A stretch of 64,000 nucleotides of DNA from an uncultured Clostridia bacterium (GTDB lineage: Bacteria; Bacillota; Clostridia; Christensenellales; UBA3700), in assembly GCA_944381275.1 (NCBI GenBank), contig CALWKO010000002.1, forward strand, positions 14,436-78,435. Direction: 5' to 3'. The notes below the pieces were generated by a model. The model worked only from the letters and a program-made list of their open reading frames with translations, ran no database searches and had not been told where the DNA came from. This document shows, in pieces, positions 61,466-64,000 of this stretch; position 1 is the stretch's first letter; every line of letters begins with the position of its first letter. A program made the translations under genes and the position numbers.

Positions 61466-64000
61466 ATGAGAAAAAGAAAGTTTACTTTCCTTATCATCGT
61501 AATCGTGATGATCGTCGCGCTCGTGGCGTCAGTTGCTGCTTGCGACCCCGATGATCCTGCAACCAATGATGAGAGCTATTCGACTACGCTTATCGCCAAC
61601 GGCAACTTCGACGAAGCCTCCGGCGATTCGCAGCCGATGACTCCCACGAGCTGGACGGGCGAAGCCGGTTCCACTTCTTCTTCCTCCACTTACAAAACTC
61701 CCACCGACAACGTCCACGCGGGCGTTATCGACGTGAGCGACATGAGCGGATACAGAAGTAACTTCGGCAGTATCGATCCCGGTAAGGTGGGCGAGGACAA
61801 CAACATCCTTGCCATCTATAACAGCGTAGAGGCGTCTTCTTATAAATACACTTCCGCTTCCATAACTTTGGCGGCAGACAGCGTTTACAAGCTGAGCGTG
61901 TGGGTGAAAACGGATATATTTGCCGACAGCACCTACTACTCCGATTGGCTGAACAGGAACGACGAAACGCAGGACTTCGACGATAACACCACGGGCGCTT
62001 ACGTGTATGTAAACGGCGTGGCTTACGCGGCGTTCGAAGCCATAAACACGGGCGGCGAGTGGCAGGAACTTGTGACCTATATCGACACTCACAACTCCAC
62101 GGGCGGCAGCATAACCGTTATCCTCTCCTTGGGTACGGGCAACTACTCCACCGGTCATATGGCGGCGGGCTATGCCTTCTTCGACGATCTCACCCTCATC
62201 AATCTCAATGAGGAATACGCAAATTCCGACAGCACTTTTGTTAAAGGTGACAGCTCCATAAGCGAAGATGAAGCGGATGCCAAGGCCCTTGCGGACTACA
62301 GCGGCGCACAAGCTGGCACGTCCACTTCCAACATAGTGAACGGCGCAACCGTTGAGGCGACCCACAAGGTGCACACCGCCAAGTACGACATGGGCAGCGG
62401 CGACGTGGAATTTGACTACGCCACCAAGACGTCCACTCCCTACTCCTCCTCTCGCTGGACGGGCAGCGCGGGCACCAAAACGGACGGCAGCTCCTTTGGA
62501 ACTTCCACCACCAACTTGCAGCGCGGCGTGCTGGATACCGCCAATATGGACGTATCCGTCATCAACGACGCGAGCGAATACAGCAATCTCACCCTTAACG
62601 CGCACAACACCGTAACTTACGATTACGGCAACGACCATGTGCGCACGGTGAGCAACATCTTGTATATTCAAGCCAGGAACGCCAACGTTTACGGCTATTC
62701 TTCCAACACGAGCTACACGATAGAAGCCAACAACTACTACAAAGTTTCCGTGTGGGTAAAGACTTATATGCTCTCCGGCAACGGCGCGGCGATACGCCTC
62801 ACCACCGGCGATGACGACGAGTCCGTCGTGGGCATAAGCAATATAAACACAAACGGCGAGTGGACGGAATATTCCCTCTACTTGCAGGGCAACCAATACC
62901 GCGAAAACTCCGTTACGCTTGAGTTGTGGCTGGGCGATAACAACACCGCGGGCAGCGAAGGCATCGCCTTCTTCGATTCCGTATCGATCACTAAGATAGA
63001 TAAGGACGCCTATGACGCGGCAAGCGGCGACAACGTCGCCAAGGACGATATGCTCACCGCGGACGACGACTTCACCTACTATAATATGGAGGGCGCAGAC
63101 AATTCCCTCACCTATGAAGTGAGCGGCAAGTCCTCTTCCGCAAACGCGGTGCTTGCAACCGTGGGCGAGAGCGTGGACGGCATAACGGTGGACAAAGCCC
63201 TTGCCGACCGCGGCAGCAATAAGGTGTGGGTGCTCAACAACTCCGTGCCCGGATATGCTACGGTTTCCCCCGTTGTGAACGTATCGGGCGGCGTGGATAC
63301 GAGCAACCTCATTGCTCTCAAGCCCAACAGCTATCTTGCCGTTTCCGTGTGGGTAAAGACTTCTCAAATCCTCTCCGGCGGCTTGAACGTTACCCTGTAT
63401 AATTACGATATAGCAGAGATAGAAAAGGCTTTGACGGAAGCTCCCGAAACCGACTTCACCGATCTTTCTTCCTACCGCACTTCCGTGGCATCCCTCACCT
63501 CTCTCACTTCCGAGGGCTTGGAAGATTATAAGATAGACGGCGTGAACGATTATGTGATGCTCACCTTCATGGTACAGTCCGGCAAGGAAACCGCTTACCT
63601 CGGTTTGGAATTTGCCCTGGGCAGCGGTACGGCGACCAACAGTTCTTCTTACGTCAAGGGCTATGCGCTCATTTCCAACATCATGACGGAAAAATCCACC
63701 GCCTCCGATTACTCGGGCGCGACCACCGCGACCAACCTCGCAAAGGGCACCGTTTCCGGTGACACCGCGGACGTGGAGATAGCTTCCAACGGCTTCTTCA
63801 ACACCTCCGACGTGTCCGGTACCAACAGCCTTTACGCAACCGACAGCAACGGCTTTGACTTCAACCAGGCGGACGGCAACCCCAACGGAGTGCTCGCCCT
63901 GCCCGACGGCTGGTCGGCTACGGACAGCTCTCAGCTGACCGCTTACAACAACAATACCTCTGCCGATACCTATGCATTCGGCGGCGTGATCGATCTTAAT
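61466..64000 (+). CDS. Large repeat lipoprotein built of tandem CBM-like jelly-roll modules (N-terminal 845 aa; continues past the window)
   Basis: Not in the ORF track because it has no stop inside the window. ATG 61466 has SD AAGGTGG and a consensus promoter. The N-terminus MRKRKFTFLIIVIVMIVALVASVAAC is a signal peptide plus lipobox. The frame is open for all 845 codons. Three modules share ..SVWVKT.. (61895-61912, 62747-62764, 63344-63361) and end in FFDD/FFDS. Each begins with an NGNFD/NGFFN...W(T/S) pattern. Confidence 0.85.
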   Translation, partial: MRKRKFTFLIIVIVMIVALVASVAACDPDDPATNDESYSTTLIANGNFDEASGDSQPMTPTSWTGEAGSTSSSSTYKTPTDNVHAGVIDVSDMSGYRSNFGSIDPGKVGEDNNILAIYNSVEASSYKYTSASITLAADSVYKLSVWVKTDIFADSTYYSDWLNRNDETQDFDDNTTGAYVYVNGVAYAAFEAINTGGEWQELVTYIDTHNSTGGSITVILSLGTGNYSTGHMAAGYAFFDDLTLINLNEEYANSDSTFVKGDSSISEDEADAKALADYSGAQAGTSTSNIVNGATVEATHKVHTAKYDMGSGDVEFDYATKTSTPYSSSRWTGSAGTKTDGSSFGTSTTNLQRGVLDTANMDVSVINDASEYSNLTLNAHNTVTYDYGNDHVRTVSNILYIQARNANVYGYSSNTSYTIEANNYYKVSVWVKTYMLSGNGAAIRLTTGDDDESVVGISNINTNGEWTEYSLYLQGNQYRENSVTLELWLGDNNTAGSEGIAFFDSVSITKIDKDAYDAASGDNVAKDDMLTADDDFTYYNMEGADNSLTYEVSGKSSSANAVLATVGESVDGITVDKALADRGSNKVWVLNNSVPGYATVSPVVNVSGGVDTSNLIALKPNSYLAVSVWVKTSQILSGGLNVTLYNYDIAEIEKALTEAPETDFTDLSSYRTSVASLTSLTSEGLEDYKIDGVNDYVMLTFMVQSGKETAYLGLEFALGSGTATNSSSYVKGYALISNIMTEKSTASDYSGATTATNLAKGTVSGDTADVEIASNGFFNTSDVSGTNSLYATDSNGFDFNQADGNPNGVLALPDGWSATDSSQLTAYNNNTSADTYAFGGVIDLN

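Noticed and set aside
61529-63367. 612-aa minus-strand ORF listed in the track
   Set aside because: - Its composition is a low-complexity G/V/A/R/H-rich shadow.
- It has no SD or promoter.
- It lies entirely antisense to a plus-strand gene that has a promoter, an SD, a lipoprotein signal peptide, a recognisable repeat-domain structure and 845 open codons.

Overview
Chromosomal segment of a Bacillota (Clostridia-like) bacterium. The lineage is probably spore-forming, because spoIIID is present. I support 53 protein genes, 49 of them on the minus strand, mostly tightly packed or overlapping by 1-11 nt. I saw no rRNA, tRNA, CRISPR array, transposase, integrase or phage gene.

Core content, read along the minus strand from right to left:
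- rpmE / DUF1385-prmC / prfA / HMGL-like synthase / thrC / galU
- pta-ackA / rpmF / plsX-rnc / smc / ftsY
- ylxM-ffh-rpsP-KH-rimM-trmD-rbgA-rnhB-yraN / rplS
- a 14.4-kb co-directional string: CBM-membrane protein, comM, dprA, topA, trmFO, hslVU, hisS, aspS, glyA
- Rrf2-NifS fusion / LRR lipoprotein / pcrA-ligA / yicC-gmk

Accessory-looking content:
- Five lipobox proteins. Two of them also carry a C-terminal TM anchor.
- An M60-like protein without HEXXH.
- A catalytically degenerate MDR dehydrogenase-like gene.
- A five-gene operon: sulfatase, lipoprotein, two PAP2 genes, FGGY kinase.
- A split TauE/TSUP transporter.
- A large repeat lipoprotein on the plus strand (61466 to beyond 64000). The ORF track omits it and shows a 612-aa antisense shadow ORF instead.

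Many intergenic regions carry near-perfect TTGACA-17-TATAAT promoters. These show that about eleven ORF-track N-termini are over-extended, and that several genes (dinB, the M60-like gene, murC, tauE-N) may be leaderless.

The most unusual non-coding signal is a 27-bp inverted repeat that brackets a 181-bp cassette between ftsY and the ylxM-ffh promoter. I could not recognise a defence system or a mobile element. The best candidates for undescribed biology are the 53.8-59.8 kb operon, the CBM-fused polytopic membrane protein family, the two Rosetta-stone fusions (Rrf2-NifS and DUF1385-PrmC) and the ftsY/ylxM inverted-repeat cassette.

All functional calls come from motif recognition by eye. No database search was run.
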